This document shows, in pieces, positions 63,349 to 64,000 of a DNA stretch of 64,000 nt (its first letter is position 1; every line of letters starts with the position of its first letter). The stretch spans positions 64,001 to 128,000 of the forward strand of contig CAVVUS010000022.1 in NCBI GenBank assembly GCA_963751345.1. The letters are read 5' to 3'. Made by a program: the position numbers and the translations under genes. The DNA comes from an uncultured Chloroflexia bacterium. Lineage in GTDB: Bacteria > Chloroflexota > Anaerolineae > B4-G1 > SLSP01. The notes beneath the pieces were generated by a model. It searched no databases, was not told the origin of the DNA, and was given only the letters and a program-made list of their open reading frames with translations.

Positions 63349-64000
63349 AACCGTCAGAGCCGCGCTTCGACTTCGACGAGGTGCTCCCGGACCGTGAGGA
63401 TGGCAGCAGCTCGTTGGTCCATCGCGTGTTGGTAGCCACGGGCAGGCTGGGTAGGATTCCCTCCGTAGCCTTGTTGCCCGTGTGGATCGCACTTGTCATC
63501 GCCGCGGGTTGGCCCTGGGCGTCCCTTCGCGTGGCTGCAAGCGCTGCAATTTCGCTGTTGTTGGCGGTGGATTGGGTCATGCTGGCCAATCTGCCCCGAA
63601 CGTCACGGTCCTGGGGGCCTGTCACGCCCTCCTTGCTGGGTCTTGCCCTCGTTCACGGCCTGCTTTTCTGGCTTTCAGGCATGCTGGCAGCCAACCGGCT
63701 CTGCCTGGGCGTCACTATCGGCGTGAATGTCCTCGTGGCGGGCGCAGCCATCTACGCGACCTGGGTCGAACCCTTTCGCCTCCGGCTGACGCGCCAGACC
63801 TACAGCGTAGCGCACTGGACCGGCGGCCGACCGATTCGCGTACTACACCTATCTGATCTTCATTTTGAGGGATGGTCTCTGCGCGAGCAGAAGCTCCTCA
63901 CATTGCTCGCGGATCTGGAGCCTGACCTGCTTCTGCTGACCGGCGACTATCTGAACCTCTCTTCGGTGCACGATCCCCGAGCTCAGCAGGGCGTGCGAGA
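63345..64000 (+). CDS. Membrane metallophosphoesterase (YkuE-like), truncated by the window end
   Basis: Not in the ORF track because it has no stop in the window. My translation from GTG 63345 gives TM helices then YATWVEPFRL...IRVLHLSDLH...EPDLLLLTGDYLN. Confidence 0.85.
   Translation, partial: MKPSEPRFDFDEVLPDREDGSSSLVHRVLVATGRLGRIPSVALLPVWIALVIAAGWPWASLRVAASAAISLLLAVDWVMLANLPRTSRSWGPVTPSLLGLALVHGLLFWLSGMLAANRLCLGVTIGVNVLVAGAAIYATWVEPFRLRLTRQTYSVAHWTGGRPIRVLHLSDLHFEGWSLREQKLLTLLADLEPDLLLLTGDYLNLSSVHDPRAQQGVR

Noticed and set aside
1-64000. CRISPR array, transposase, integrase or phage genes
   Set aside because: No regularly spaced direct repeats and no matching protein motifs were seen.

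Overview
A GC-rich, gene-dense core-chromosome segment that looks like Chloroflexota (probably Anaerolineae), inferred from gene content and lineage-typical proteins. It carries two GH38 alpha-mannosidases, tRNA-Arg(TCT), trmFO, a dnaK-grpE-dnaJ-usp-htrA cluster, neopullulanase, a Lit homologue, minCDE-rodA-gltX, SRP RNA followed by a G5/3D gene and rsmA, a MoxR-GNAT-DUF58-DUF4129 operon, a Ser/Thr signalling block (cyclophilin, YbhB/PEBP, pseudokinase-PP2C, two receptor kinases), an MFS transporter, obgE, a large multidomain glycoside hydrolase, an EAD/death-like + beta-propeller + CHAT caspase protein, an orphan histidine kinase, cysE-cysK, a GT4-sugar transferase-M20-psuG-GH35 run and an acylphosphatase-led operon. 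Roughly 20 single-base frameshifts, mostly +1 insertions and including obgE and dnaK, most likely are long-read consensus errors. I saw no transposase, integrase, phage gene or CRISPR array. Best leads: (1) the EAD7-like/propeller/CHAT protease with an intact His-Cys dyad; (2) a coupled pair of hypothetical proteins with repeated RNAP-delta/HARE-HTH-like winged helices and a B3-like barrel; (3) the kinase/pseudokinase-phosphatase/PEBP/PPIase block; (4) an unusually long SRP RNA; (5) a REP-like palindrome family. All domain calls come from motif recognition by eye, not from database searches.
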